64,000 nucleotides of DNA from Terriglobia bacterium (GTDB lineage Bacteria; Acidobacteriota; Terriglobia; 20CM-2-55-15), in the NCBI GenBank assembly GCA_965218585.1, contig CBDCLE010000001.1:96001-160000 (forward strand), given 5' to 3'. The position numbers and the translations under genes are program-made. Shown one piece after another: positions 1-11,025 of the stretch. Under the pieces are notes generated by a model. It did no database searches. It saw only the letters and a program-made list of their open reading frames with translations, and was not told the origin of the DNA. How positions within the stretch are numbered: position 1 is the stretch's first letter; the number at the start of each line of letters is the position of its first letter.

Positions 1-344
1 TTGTGGCGACAGATTGGGATGCACCTTCACCGGGCTTCCGGTTGTTTGCCGTGGGGCACTGGGTTCTGTTCAACATCCCTACGAACCTGACTGAGATTCC
101 CCAGGACGCCGGGACCGGCTCGCTTACAGCCCAGGGTGTCATTGTCGGAACCGGAATGGGTGGATCCCAGGGATACAATCCGCCCTGTCCTCCCCTGGGG
201 CAGCACCAGTATCACTTCCGCGTTTACGCATTAGACGTCGAGATGATCCAGCCCGAATCGACCGGCAGGACCGACGTTCTGGCGGCGATAGACGGACACA
301 TTCTGGCGTACGGCGATCTGATCGGGTTGCGAACGACGGGCTAG
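1..344 (+). CDS. YbhB/YbcL (PEBP/Raf kinase inhibitor-like) family protein, 5'-partial
   Basis: Motifs D-W-D-A-P, HWVLFNIP, GYNPPCPP-x-GQHQYHFRVYALD typical of bacterial PEBP proteins. Confidence 0.9.
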   Translation, partial: VATDWDAPSPGFRLFAVGHWVLFNIPTNLTEIPQDAGTGSLTAQGVIVGTGMGGSQGYNPPCPPLGQHQYHFRVYALDVEMIQPESTGRTDVLAAIDGHILAYGDLIGLRTTG

Positions 345-375
345 TTTGGAGCCCGCATCCGATTTTTCCTGACAC

Positions 376-1033
376 ATGCCATCCAACGGAATCCCGCCAC
401 AATCCAGGGTCCGCGATATCTGGGACCGGCGGTACGTCCGGAAAGAGACCTTCGAACCCGATAGCTGGCTGAGACGCAGGGAGACGCTGCTTGGGAACAT
501 CAAAGGAAGTCGGCCCTCGACGTGGGTTGTGGCGGTGGCTGGGACAGTCAGTTCTTGAGGAATTCGGAGTTTGATGTTGTCTCTCTGGATTTCTCGATCC
601 GAGCGCTCAGACAAGCGAGGGAATCCGGCCTCAACCCGGGGCGGCTGGTTCAGGCGGATATAACCGAGGGGGTCCCCCTCCGGTCGCGCTCGTTTGGTTT
701 GATCGTCGCGAACTTGGTCCTTCACTACTTCAGATGGGACACAACAATGAGGATCATGGACGAACTGGCTAGATGCCTGAAGACCGGTGGGAAGATCCTC
801 GTCCGTGTGAATTCGACCGAAGATATCGAGTTTGGTGCAACAGGTAATCCCGAAATCGACCCGGGCCTCTACCTCGTCGCAGGCGTGGCCAAGCGTTTCT
901 TTGACCGCGAGTCGGTGAGTCGCCTGTTCGATGACAAATGGAATGTTCTGGATGTCTGTGAAAGGACTTCCGAGAGAGGTTCGCGAACGAAACGGTTATG
1001 GGAAGTCTTGGCCGAACGGCGCATTTCCGAGGG
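376..1033 (+). CDS. Class I SAM-dependent methyltransferase; one-base frameshift near 511; IS256 inserted in the last codons
   Basis: ORF 376-558 joins ORF 522-1118 to give (RA)LDVGCGGG if one G is added; LDFS and ANLVLHYF motifs; removing the IS restores ...RISEG-TGA. Confidence 0.8.
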
Positions 1034-2412
1034 GAGGTCATTACAAAAGGTGTGTAAAAGTCATCAGGCGGCGGCCTTCGATTTCATCACGACTCTGATG
1101 CCGTCAGCGAATTGCTGACCATCATAGACCTCTTGTAAGAGTTCGGATCCTTTTAAGTGTCGCCAATTAAGTGTCGCCAAGCCTTCTCAGCGACACGTAG
1201 TAGCTTCCAGATCATTGCCGTTGCATTCTCGACACGCTTGAATCGGCGAGCGGCGTTGGTACGGAGGCGAACCATGTCGAAGGGCGATTCGACGATGTTG
1301 GTCGTTCTCAGATGCACCCAGTGTTGTTTCGGGAACTCATAGAAAGTAATCATCCGGTCCCAGTCCCGCAACAGCGTCTCACCCGCTTTGGGATAGTTCT
1401 TCTCATATCGGCGGACGAACTGATCCCGCTTTCGTTCGCAGGCCGCGCGGGAGTTCGCGAAGGCCATCCCATGAAGCAGCTGTCTGGCCGCGGGCTGCTC
1501 GGTCTTCGGCAGATGATCGACCACGTTGATCGACTTGTGGTTCCAGCAGCGTTGTTCCTGGCCCTGGGGCTGTTGCTCGGCCAGCGCGGACCAGATGCCC
1601 AGGTGACCGTCCGCGACAGTCAGCCGTCCCAGCTTCAGGCCCCGTCTCTGGAGATTGCGCAGAATGCGGCTCCAGGACTCCTTGCTTTCCCGCTGCCCGC
1701 TCTCACAGGCCAACAGCACTTTGCGCCCGTCTGACAAGGCTCCGATGATCACCAGCAATGCCGCTCGCTCTTTCGCGATCCCCGCTTTCACGTACAAGCC
1801 GTCTGCCCACTGGTACACGACCTCGAGGCCGGACAGGTCCTGCTGGACCCACTCGTCATACTCCAACTGCCAGGTCGATTTCAGTCGTTGGATCGATGCT
1901 CGCGACAACGGAGCGCCAGCGCCAAGCAGTCCGCGCATGGCCTGCTCGAAGTCCCCTGTGGCCAGACCGTGGAGGTAGAGATCGGGAAGTAGCTCGCCCA
2001 GCTGTTTCGATTTCCGTCGAAAATACGGCAGGATCTGACTCTCGAACCGCTCGGCGGTGTTTCGAACCCGAGGTCGTCGAACCTCCATCGTACCGTTCAT
2101 CATTGCGAAGCGTCGCGGCTTCCCGTGACCGTTCCGGTATCCTCGTCGATTCGGACTCCGCTCCAACTTTTCCCGACCCAGAAATTGAGTGACTTCGTCC
2201 TCGAGCAGCTCCTGTAGCCAGACTTGGACCCGGGATCGCGCCCAGTCCTCCAAACCTTCATACGCGTTCGTTGACGCCACTGATGCCGGTATGTTCTTCT
2301 TCTTCATGGGTGGTGTACCTTTCTCCCGATTGCTGCCGGGATTGCTTACGGTTTCGAATTCACCGAAAGCGTACACCGCCTTCTCTTTTTACACACCGAT
2401 TGGAACGACCTC
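1034..2412 (-). mobile_element. IS256-family element, copy 1 (transposase C-terminus truncated by a 14-bp duplication)
   Basis: Transposase motifs YRNG, WADGLY, ADGHLG, QRCWNHK, RTTNIVES; imperfect IRs GAGGTC(A/G)TT..CAA..GGTGTGTAAAA; 8-bp target duplication TCCGAGGG at 1026-1033 and 2413-2420; TTAAGTGTCGCCAA duplicated at ~1153-1180. Confidence 0.95.
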
Positions 2413-2515
2413 TCCGAGGGTTGACCCAGCCCTAGGTTGACGCTTCAATTTGCTTACAACTTCAATCTGTAGTTAGATCACCGAGATTCTGCCGCCGCTG
2501 CCTAAGGAGTGCAAC

Positions 2516-2977
2516 ATGTCAGATGTTTCTGTTCCCGATCATCTCCCGGACTGGATAAAAGACCACCTCCGTCGATACCTTGAGAGCGATGGGGCCGACG
2601 GGTACTTCTGGGACTCTTCGGTTGCGGGTGGTCCCGGACCTCTTGCGACGCTTCTGTTGACGACTACGGGCCGGAAATCCGGGCAGCCCCGTATTCTTCC
2701 CTTACTCTTCGGGGAAGCTGATGGTAACTACGCGATCGTAGCGTCGAAGGGTGGAGCTCCGTCGCATCCGGGCTGGTATCTGAACCTTGCGGCCGAACCG
2801 GATGTCGAAGTACAGATCAAAGAGAAGCGGTTCCGGGCAAAGGCCCGGACGTCGACTGGAGAAGAGCGATCGAAGCTCTGGAACCAGATGGTTGGCATCT
2901 ATCCTCCGTATGCGGACTATCAGAAGAAGACCGATCGCGAGATTCCTGTCGTTGTTCTGGAGCCGGCCGAAGATTGA
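2516..2977 (+). CDS. Deazaflavin (F420)-dependent nitroreductase/quinone reductase, Ddn family
   Basis: LLLTTTGRKSGQPR, ASKGGAPSHPGWYLNL, YADYQKKTDREIPVV; RBS AAGGAG. Confidence 0.92.
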   Translation: MSDVSVPDHLPDWIKDHLRRYLESDGADGYFWDSSVAGGPGPLATLLLTTTGRKSGQPRILPLLFGEADGNYAIVASKGGAPSHPGWYLNLAAEPDVEVQIKEKRFRAKARTSTGEERSKLWNQMVGIYPPYADYQKKTDREIPVVVLEPAED

Positions 2978-3243
2978 GCTGTCGCCTCCGCTGGTCACCC
3001 ACTTCTTCTTCGTCCTCGCTTGGGGCTGAAAAACTCTGACCAGCCGCCATCTCCAATGAGTTGCGCCTTCGCATCCGATCGACTATCCTCAGACGTGTCC
3101 TGCCTTCTTTCAACTTCCGTCAGTTCTCGAGTACAGACGTCTACGCTACTTCGCTAGGCGACTGTTTCCCTGGTAGGCTAACTGAGACGGGACTCACTAG
3201 AGGTTGTTTCCTGTTCCCGCCTCTTTCAATGAGGTTCAAATAA

Positions 3244-4263
3244 ATGAAAATCCGAGTGTTTGATAACGACATCGAACTGCCGGACTTCGAACCGCCAAGG
3301 TTCAGATCCGGCCCGGTTCTGATGATCGTCGCGGTCATTTTCGGGCTGGCAATGCTCTGGGGGACGTTGTACCAGATCGCGCCGGAAGAGGCGGGCGTGG
3401 TGCTCCGTCTCGGGCGCTACGATCGGACGACGGATCCCGGTCTCCGCTTCAAGATCCCCCTTGTCGAACAAGTTCAGAAAGTGCCGGTCGAACGGCAGCT
3501 CAAGCAGGAGTTCGGCTTCCGGACCGTCACCGCTGGAGTTCAGAGTAATTTCACCACCGCGGGCCTGGACGATGAGTCGCTGATGTTGACCGGCGACCTG
3601 AACGTAGCCGTCGTGGAGTGGATCGTCCAGTATCGTGTGGCCGACGCCTACAACTACCTCTTCAAGGTACGGAATGTCGAAGACACATTCCGTGACATGA
3701 ACGAAGCCGTAATGCGAGAAGTCGTGGGTGATCGCACGGTGACCGAGGTGCTCACGATTGGAAGGCAGGATATCGAGGTCACTGCGCAGATCAGGCTTCA
3801 GGAGCTGTGCGATCGGTATGAGAACGGGATCCGTATCGAGCAGGTTGTGCTGCAAGACGTCAACCCACCGGACCCGGTTAAGCCTTCCTGGGACGAAGTG
3901 AACCAGGCCCAGCAGCAACGAGACAGGCTGATCAACGAAGCGCTGACCGATTACAACAGCGTCATTCCCAGGGCCCGAGGCGAAGCCGAACAGGTGATTC
4001 TTCAGGCGGAAGGATACGCCGTGAACCGGGTCAATCGAGCAGAGGGCGACGCGGCCCGCTTTGTGTCCGTTTATGACGAGTATCGCCAGGCTCCTGACGT
4101 GACTCGCCAACGGATGTACCTGGAGACCATGTCGACGATGATGGCCCGCGTTCCGGGAAAGGTGATTCTGGATAGCAACGCGCAGGGCATCCTTCCGTTG
4201 CTCCCCCTCGATGGCATTGGCAACCGACTGACAGGCTCCGCTGCGGGCCAAGGAGGCAACTGA
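3244..4263 (+). CDS. hflK: FtsH protease modulator HflK
   Basis: SPFH domain; MLTGDLN, DVNPPDPV, IPRARGEA, APDVTRQRMYLETM. Confidence 0.95.
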   Translation: MKIRVFDNDIELPDFEPPRFRSGPVLMIVAVIFGLAMLWGTLYQIAPEEAGVVLRLGRYDRTTDPGLRFKIPLVEQVQKVPVERQLKQEFGFRTVTAGVQSNFTTAGLDDESLMLTGDLNVAVVEWIVQYRVADAYNYLFKVRNVEDTFRDMNEAVMREVVGDRTVTEVLTIGRQDIEVTAQIRLQELCDRYENGIRIEQVVLQDVNPPDPVKPSWDEVNQAQQQRDRLINEALTDYNSVIPRARGEAEQVILQAEGYAVNRVNRAEGDAARFVSVYDEYRQAPDVTRQRMYLETMSTMMARVPGKVILDSNAQGILPLLPLDGIGNRLTGSAAGQGGN

Positions 4264-5201
4264 TGTTAGGCATGGCCAAAGTTCCACTTTTGATTTCGGC
4301 CGGTATTGTTGTACTGATTCTCCTGGTCAACGGACTCTACATTGTTGACGAAACCGAACAGGTGATCGTCACCCAATTCGGGCAACCCGTCGGTGACGCT
4401 GTCACGACGCCCGGACTGAAGGTCAAGATACCGTTGATCCAGGTGGCCAACTACTTCGACAAGCGCTTTCTGGAGTGGGACGGTGATCCGAATCAGGTGC
4501 CGACACGCGACAAACGGTTCGTCTGGGTGGATGCATATGCACGCTGGCGGATCAGTAACCCACTGACGTACCTGGAAAGACTCCGCGGGGATGAGAACAC
4601 GGCCCAGTCGCGTCTGGACGACATTCTGGATGGGGAAACCCGCAACGCTATTGCACGGAATGATCTGCTCCAGGTCGTTCGGACCGTGAACCGTCAACCC
4701 GACACCGTCGAAGGCGATCAGGAGGAAACCGGAGTCCTGGACCCGATCGAAACCGGGAGGTCCGACATCACGGCGGATATCCGGGAGACGGCTGCGCCAC
4801 GACTGGAGGAGCTGGGAATCGAACTCGTCGACTTTCAGCTCAAGCGGATCAACTATGTCGCAGAAGTGCAGCAGGATGTGTTCGCGCGAATGATCGCCGA
4901 ACGGCAGCGAATCGCGCAGCAGTACCGTTCAGAAGGTGAAGGAGAGGCGGCCCGCATCAGGGGCGAGAGGGAGCGCGACCTTCAGGCTATCCAGTCGGAA
5001 GCCTATCGGCAGGCCCAGGAAACTCAGGGCGTGGCCGACGGCGAAGCCACACGCATTTACGCTGATGCCTACACTCGCGACGGTTCTTTCTATGCGTTCA
5101 TGAAGAGCATGGAGACGTTCGAGACGGCGATCGATCCCAATACGCTTTTGGTTCTGACCACAGACGGGGAGTTGTTTCAGTATCTCAACGAACCTCAATA
5201 A
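4263..5201 (+). CDS. hflC: FtsH protease modulator HflC
   Basis: IVTQFGQP, FDKRFLEWD, RMIAERQRIAQQYRSEGEGEA; start overlaps the hflK stop. Confidence 0.95.
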   Translation: MLGMAKVPLLISAGIVVLILLVNGLYIVDETEQVIVTQFGQPVGDAVTTPGLKVKIPLIQVANYFDKRFLEWDGDPNQVPTRDKRFVWVDAYARWRISNPLTYLERLRGDENTAQSRLDDILDGETRNAIARNDLLQVVRTVNRQPDTVEGDQEETGVLDPIETGRSDITADIRETAAPRLEELGIELVDFQLKRINYVAEVQQDVFARMIAERQRIAQQYRSEGEGEAARIRGERERDLQAIQSEAYRQAQETQGVADGEATRIYADAYTRDGSFYAFMKSMETFETAIDPNTLLVLTTDGELFQYLNEPQ

Positions 5202-5431
5202 CGGTCGGTAGGGGGTCGTATATAGATCAGCAATGGGCGAAGAGATCGATGTGACGGTAACGCCGGTTGTCGGGAGTTTAGACTTTGATTACGTCTAGTT
5301 CCCTGTGGCAGTACTCCGAGGAGATGTATGGGTTCGCTGCGTGCCGACCCGATGTCGAAGGGGTCTCACTCCTGAATCGGAGGGGGTGATACAATGACGT
5401 AAAACGTGTAACAACCTATTAGGAGGCAGAT

Positions 5432-6283
5432 ATGCTGAGACCAAGAGCTATTTGCGGCGGATTCGTCACTCTCCTTTTCGTTTTGGCAACGATTCCGGTT
5501 GCCGAGGGCCAGGAAGCATTGGTCGCTCCAGCGGAATGGACGGATGCCGAAAAGGAAAGTTTCCTTCAGAATGCTGAACTCCTCTCGATCGAAGACATCG
5601 GCATCGGATCCACTGACGCTCAACGCACGACCCTGAGCGACGGCAGCTTCACGCATGACGCTCAGATCCAGGCTGTCGATATATTTCGGCGCGGCATAAC
5701 GCAACTGGATGGCGCAGTCGAGGTCAATTTCAGGGACAGTTACAAGTTCAACATTGCAGGATACCGTCTGGACCGATTGCTCGGCCTCAACATGGTTCCG
5801 GTATCCGTAGAGCGAAGAGTGCGACGCGAACCAGCGGCTGTGACATGGTGGGTGGACGACGTTCAGATGATGGAGCTGGACCGTTTGAACAACGGGATCG
5901 AACCTCCCGATGTCGAGGCGTGGAACGATCAGATGAGCACGTGTCGGATTTTCACCGAGCTGATTTACAACACCGACGCCAACCTCGGAAACTTCCTGAT
6001 CACCAGCGACTGGCAACTCCACCTCATCGACTTCACGCGCGCATTCCGGCTGTTCGATAGCCTTCGAGAGCCCGAAAACGTCACGCCACGCATCGAACGA
6101 CACTTCTACGAAGGTCTTCAGGGGCTGGATAAGGAGCGCCTCGAGGAGGTTATGGAGGGACTGCTGGGCGGCAGCGAGATCGACGGCATTCTCTCTCGGC
6201 GGGATGTCATTCTGGAGATTCTGGACACGCACATCGCTGAGAAAGGCGAGGCCGCGGTCGTTTACGACGTGGCCGGGCAGTGA
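5432..6283 (+). CDS. Secreted atypical kinase-fold protein (Fam20C/Four-jointed/PI3-PI4K-like)
   Basis: Sec-type signal peptide; NIAGYRLDRLLGLNMVPVSVER, FTELIYNTDANLGN (catalytic D, N), LIDFTRAF (metal-binding D); RBS AGGAGG. Confidence 0.7.
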   Translation: MLRPRAICGGFVTLLFVLATIPVAEGQEALVAPAEWTDAEKESFLQNAELLSIEDIGIGSTDAQRTTLSDGSFTHDAQIQAVDIFRRGITQLDGAVEVNFRDSYKFNIAGYRLDRLLGLNMVPVSVERRVRREPAAVTWWVDDVQMMELDRLNNGIEPPDVEAWNDQMSTCRIFTELIYNTDANLGNFLITSDWQLHLIDFTRAFRLFDSLREPENVTPRIERHFYEGLQGLDKERLEEVMEGLLGGSEIDGILSRRDVILEILDTHIAEKGEAAVVYDVAGQ

Positions 6284-6289
6284 GGTGGT

Positions 6290-7579
6290 TTGACGGAGCC
6301 ACACATGCGCCGCGCTAAGCCGGGTCTCGAAATCGGAACGTTGCTTCTGGCGACCACCCTCACGCTGGTTCCGCTATCCCTGGTTTGGAGCCAGGACACC
6401 GACCGAATTCTTGTGATGGCTGACATCCACGGTGACTTTGCGGCGGCAACCGCCATGCTCGAGCGGACGGGCATCGTGGATGACGAACTCGGTTGGATGG
6501 GCAGCGACGCGACGTTCGTGCAAACGGGAGACTCTACCGATCGAGGGCCTGAAGTCCGGCGCGTGCTGGATCTTCTGATGTCGCTGGACCGGGACGCCCC
6601 TGACGACCAGGTGGTTGTCCTCCTGGGCAATCACGAGCATTCAAACATCATTGGGAACCTGGTCGACGTGACGGGGGCCGACTATGAGAGTTTTGCCGAT
6701 TCGGAGTCCGAGAGTCGCCGGCAGGAGGCTTTCCTGGAATTCGTCGATTACCAGGAGCGACGCGCTGAAAGGCTCGGGAGCGAGCCCATGGCCCCAACAG
6801 CAGAATCCGAGCAAGCCTGGATGGACGCACATCCTCTAGGTTTCATAGAACACCGGGAAGCGTTTGGTCCCGACGGCGAATATGGTCGGTGGCTTCGCGA
6901 CCGACCCACGGTGGCAAAGCTGGGCGAAACGCTATTCCTCCACGCAGGAATCTCTCCCGCGCTCGCCGAGCTTTCGATCGATGAGATCAATGCCCGAGTT
7001 CGTGACGAGATTCGTGCCTTCGATCAGTCTTTCCAGTATCTGGTCTCCAGGGGGATGGCACTGCCTTTTTTCACTCTTCAGGAACTACTCGAGGCAGCGC
7101 GCGAGGCGCTTGAGGTCCTGAACGGGACGACCGATCCGGAAAAACGCGATTCAGAAGAGCAACGCGACGTTCAAGTCATGGGGGGTCTGTTAAGTCTCGG
7201 AGGCTGGTTGACGATTCACCCTGAAGGCGTTCTCTGGTACAGGGGATACAACAACTGGTCCGACGAGGAGGGAGCAGTCCAGATCGAACAGTTGCTCGAA
7301 CGCTACGACGTCGAACACATCGTTGTCGGCCACACACCCCAGCTTCCGGCCCAGATTCGAGTCCGTTTCGGTGGAAGCCTCTACCTGGCAGATACGGGGA
7401 TGCTTTCGAGCTACTACCGGGGAGGGCGCGCCTCGATGTTGGAGATCCGGGGTGACGTCTTTCGTGCCATCTACCTGGATGAAGGTGCGCGGCTAATCGA
7501 GCCACCTCGAGTGGGCAGTGTACCTATCCCGTTTGGGCCAGCCGCTCGCTCTCCACTCACATCGATCCCGGCACCCTAA
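6290..7579 (+). CDS. Secreted metallophosphoesterase, Shewanella-like PPP phosphatase type
   Basis: DIHGD, GDSTDRG, GNHE, HAG, GHT, ADTG motifs; N-terminal hydrophobic signal. Confidence 0.88.
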   Translation: MTEPHMRRAKPGLEIGTLLLATTLTLVPLSLVWSQDTDRILVMADIHGDFAAATAMLERTGIVDDELGWMGSDATFVQTGDSTDRGPEVRRVLDLLMSLDRDAPDDQVVVLLGNHEHSNIIGNLVDVTGADYESFADSESESRRQEAFLEFVDYQERRAERLGSEPMAPTAESEQAWMDAHPLGFIEHREAFGPDGEYGRWLRDRPTVAKLGETLFLHAGISPALAELSIDEINARVRDEIRAFDQSFQYLVSRGMALPFFTLQELLEAAREALEVLNGTTDPEKRDSEEQRDVQVMGGLLSLGGWLTIHPEGVLWYRGYNNWSDEEGAVQIEQLLERYDVEHIVVGHTPQLPAQIRVRFGGSLYLADTGMLSSYYRGGRASMLEIRGDVFRAIYLDEGARLIEPPRVGSVPIPFGPAARSPLTSIPAP

Positions 7580-7588
7580 CCCCCATCC

Positions 7589-10342
7589 ATGTCCCACTGG
7601 ATCGAGCGTCTCCTGAATCTGCGGCGGGGAGAACTTCCTGGCGGACTCCTGTTCTTCGCGTACTACTTTCTGATCATATCGTCCTATGTCGTCGGCCAGG
7701 TCGCCCGTGACGCCCTGTTTCTCGATCGCTTCGCGGCCGATCAGTTGCCATACGTCGACGTGGCGATAGCTGCGACTGTAGGTCTGGTCGTGGCGGCCTA
7801 TATCCGGGCTGGGCGCTGGGTCAAACTGCGGGAGTTGCTGACGGGAGCGTTAGGCCTTTTCGCGGCCATGGCCCTGTTTTTCTGGTGGGGGGTTCGGACC
7901 GTTCAATGGGCCTGGCTGTTCCCGGCTCTCTATATCTGGATCGGAATCTTTGGTGTTCTGGCAATCGCTCAGGTCTGGACCCTGGCGAATTTCATGCTGA
8001 CAACTCGCGAAGCCAAAAGGGTGTTTGGACTTGTCGGCGCCGGCGGAATCCTGGGCGGCATCTTTGGGGGATTCCTCTCCGTTGGAATAGCGCGCAACCT
8101 CGGCACCGAGAGTCTCTTGCTTGTGGTCGCAACGTTCCCTGCAATCTGCATGATGCTCGTGAGGTGGATCTGGCGGCGAGAGGGCAAGGAGGCTGGCTTT
8201 GGAGTCGAGCACAAGGCAACAGGTCTGGAGAGTTCCTGGAGTCTTTCAGGGACTCTTCAAATCATCCGTTCTTCTGCCCAGCTGAAATCCATAGCAATGC
8301 TCATCTGCATCACCTCGATCGTTACCACCGCGGCGGGCTGGCAGTTCAAGGCGATTGCTAAGGAAACCATCATCGAAACCGACGCGCTGGCTGCATTTCT
8401 GGGTTCTTTTCAAGGCTAACGCGGGGATTCTGTCGCTCGTGGCACAACTCCTATTGACAACCAGGGTGCTGCAACGATTCGGTGTGGGTTCTGCTCTGTT
8501 TATCCTTCCTGTCGCTCTGGTTCTGGGTAGTGCGGGTGTTCTCGTCTTCGGGGGCGTAGCGGCCGTGGTTGCGTTCAAGGGGAGCGATAAGGTCTTGCGC
8601 TATTCGATCGACACCTCGGCACTTCAGCTGCTCTACCTGCCAGTGCCGACCGGTATCAAGGTCCAGGTCAAATCTTTCATCGATACAGTCGTCTTGCGCC
8701 TTGGTGACGGTCTGGCAGGAGTTACGTTGCTGGTCTTCGTGACATATCTTCAGTTCACTCCCCGACAAGTGGCCTGGATCAATCTCATTGGTCTCGTGGC
8801 CTGGCTTTTCGTTGCGAACCGTGCGCGGCGACAGTACCTTGCGACTCTCGGCGAACGCGTTCAGGAACACCGGATCGACATCGAGCGCACGTCGGTTCCG
8901 GTTCTTGATCGATCCACAACTTCTATTCTGGCCACCAAACTCGATTCCGGCGATTCCCAGGAGATCCTTTACGGACTCCGCCTGTTCGAGCTCGGCGATC
9001 ACCGCACCGCTCATCCTTCGATCCAGGGCCGCATACGGCACGATTCTCCGGAGGTCCGGGCCAAGGCCGTGGCGATTCTAAACACCACGGGCAACCTGGC
9101 GGTGAACGATGAGATCGAAGAACTGCTCAACGATGGTGATCTGGGTGTGCGCACGGAAGCTCTGTTGTACTTGACGCAGCATACCGACATCGACCCCCTG
9201 GCTCGGATCCGCGAGTTGGGAGACTTTCCGGATTTCACGATTCGGTCGGCGATCGTGGCTTTCCTGAGTCAACCTGGAAACGCCCAGAACCTGGCGGTCG
9301 CAGAACTCATGCTGGACATGATGTTGGACGAGACAGGGCCAGCTGGACGGCTTACCCGGCTGGAGGCTGGACGGCTGATTGGACTCCTACCCGATGCCTT
9401 CGAAAACCAGGTGTCGAGGCTTCTGGCAGATCCCGATCCGGAAATTGCCCGCTATGGAATATCCGCGGCCGGAAACCTCCGTCGGCCGAAGTTCGTCTCT
9501 GCATTGCTGGACCGGCTGGGCGATCCCAACAATGTTCAGGAAGCGGCAACCGCGCTTGGAAACTTCGGAGATCGGATCGTAGGTACGCTGGGCGACTACG
9601 TGAAAGATCCCGAAGTTTCTATTGCCGTTCGCCTTGAAATTCCAGCAGTGCTTGCCAAAATCGGCGCACCCGGCGTTCAGGAGTCATTGGCCGAGTGCCT
9701 TCTGGAGGGAAACACGACGCTTCGCCACCGGATCCTTTCAGCAATGAACAAGTACCAGCAATCGAACCCGCAGGTCAGCATCGATCCGCAATGGATCGAA
9801 ACAGTTCTGGCCGCCAAAATCCTGGGGCATTACCGTTCCTACCAGGCTCTGGACTTACTTGGCGGCGCGTTGGAGGGGAGCGACCCATCGCTGGCAGCGC
9901 TCACCGAATCCATGGGTCATGAACGGGAGCGGATTTTCCGTCTGCTGGCAATTTTTTTCCGGAACACGACATGCACGCGGCCTACCTGGCACTCGATTCG
10001 ACGAACTCTCGAATGCGCGACAACACGCTGGAGTTCCTCGACAACATGCTACGCCCTGAACTGCGCTCTCTGCTTATCCCGCTCGTCGACGATGGTGTAA
10101 CCGTCCAAGATCGGGTTCGACTCGCCAATGATGTCGTGGGCACGGGTGTGGAAACATCGGAGGAAGCTGTCGCGATGTTGATGCACACTGGCGATCCCTG
10201 GTTGAAATCATGTGCTGCCTACGCCATCGGTGCACTGGGGCTGAAGTCGCTCGAAAGCGAAATGGACACTTGGCAAGACGACCAGGATCCGCTCCTGGCG
10301 GAAGCCGTCCGACAGGCAAAACTGCGGCTGGCCAAGATCTAA
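7589..10342 (+). CDS. NTT/TLC (Npt1/Npt2-like) nucleotide translocase-family MFS protein with C-terminal HEAT repeats; two frameshifts (~8416, ~9955)
   Basis: ARDALFL, QVWTLAN..TREAKRVFGLVGAGGILGG, RYSID..LQLLYLPVP..K.FID..RLGDG; HEAT repeats (DPEVR/DLGVR/DPWL) across three overlapping ORFs (7589-8419, 8355-10100, 9971-10342). Confidence 0.8.
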
Positions 10343-10354
10343 GGACGTACGCTT

Positions 10355-10747
10355 ATGGACCGGGAGAACTTTTCCAGTGGAACGCCATGGGAACACCTGG
10401 CCAGCTATTCGCGTGCGGTTCGAGTGGGCAATCAGGTCTGGGTATCGGGTACAACGGCAACCGACGAGAAGGGTGAGATCGTCGGGACTGGCGACGCCTA
10501 CGCTCAGACTATCCAGGCGCTGAAGAACATCGAATCTGGCCTGGGACAGGCTGGCGCGAGTCTCCGTGATGTGGTTCGCACGAGAATGTATGTCGTGAAT
10601 ATCAAGTCGGATTGGGAGAAGGTGGCCCAGGCTCACAAGGAAGTGTTCAGAGAGATCAGGCCGACAACAGCCATGGTCGAGGTTAGTGGTTTGATCGATC
10701 CGTCCATGCTCGTTGAGATCGAGGTGGACGCTGTCATTGTTGACTGA
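10355..10747 (+). CDS. RidA/YjgF/UK114 family protein
   Basis: [31 protein letters not shown]. Confidence 0.92.
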   Translation: MDRENFSSGTPWEHLASYSRAVRVGNQVWVSGTTATDEKGEIVGTGDAYAQTIQALKNIESGLGQAGASLRDVVRTRMYVVNIKSDWEKVAQAHKEVFREIRPTTAMVEVSGLIDPSMLVEIEVDAVIVD

Positions 10748-11025
10748 AGGCGTGCGGTTAAGCCGGCTCTTCCCCCTGCGCTACGACCGCGGTCCAGGAG
10801 TGATCTCTGCAGGTGAAGCTGTCGGCTAAGACGAACGCAGCGAAGCTAACCCAAGGGGTGTGACGCTGCTCGCGTCTGCACGCGTCGCATGGGAGGAAAC
10901 CACCGCACATGGTGCAGACGAGCATATTACCCATACCGGCAGCAGCGGCGGCTGTGGGGCGAACAGGGGTTCATGCTTGGCTTAGAGAAGCTGTTCTGCA
11001 CCAAGGCAAAACAGGAGAAAATACA

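Noticed and set aside
3226-6304. Long antisense ORFs (3226-4287, 5366-6304; likewise 37208-38668, 49437-50504, 56459-57400)
   Set aside because: Shadow ORFs opposite well-supported genes in GC-rich DNA, with no recognisable motifs.
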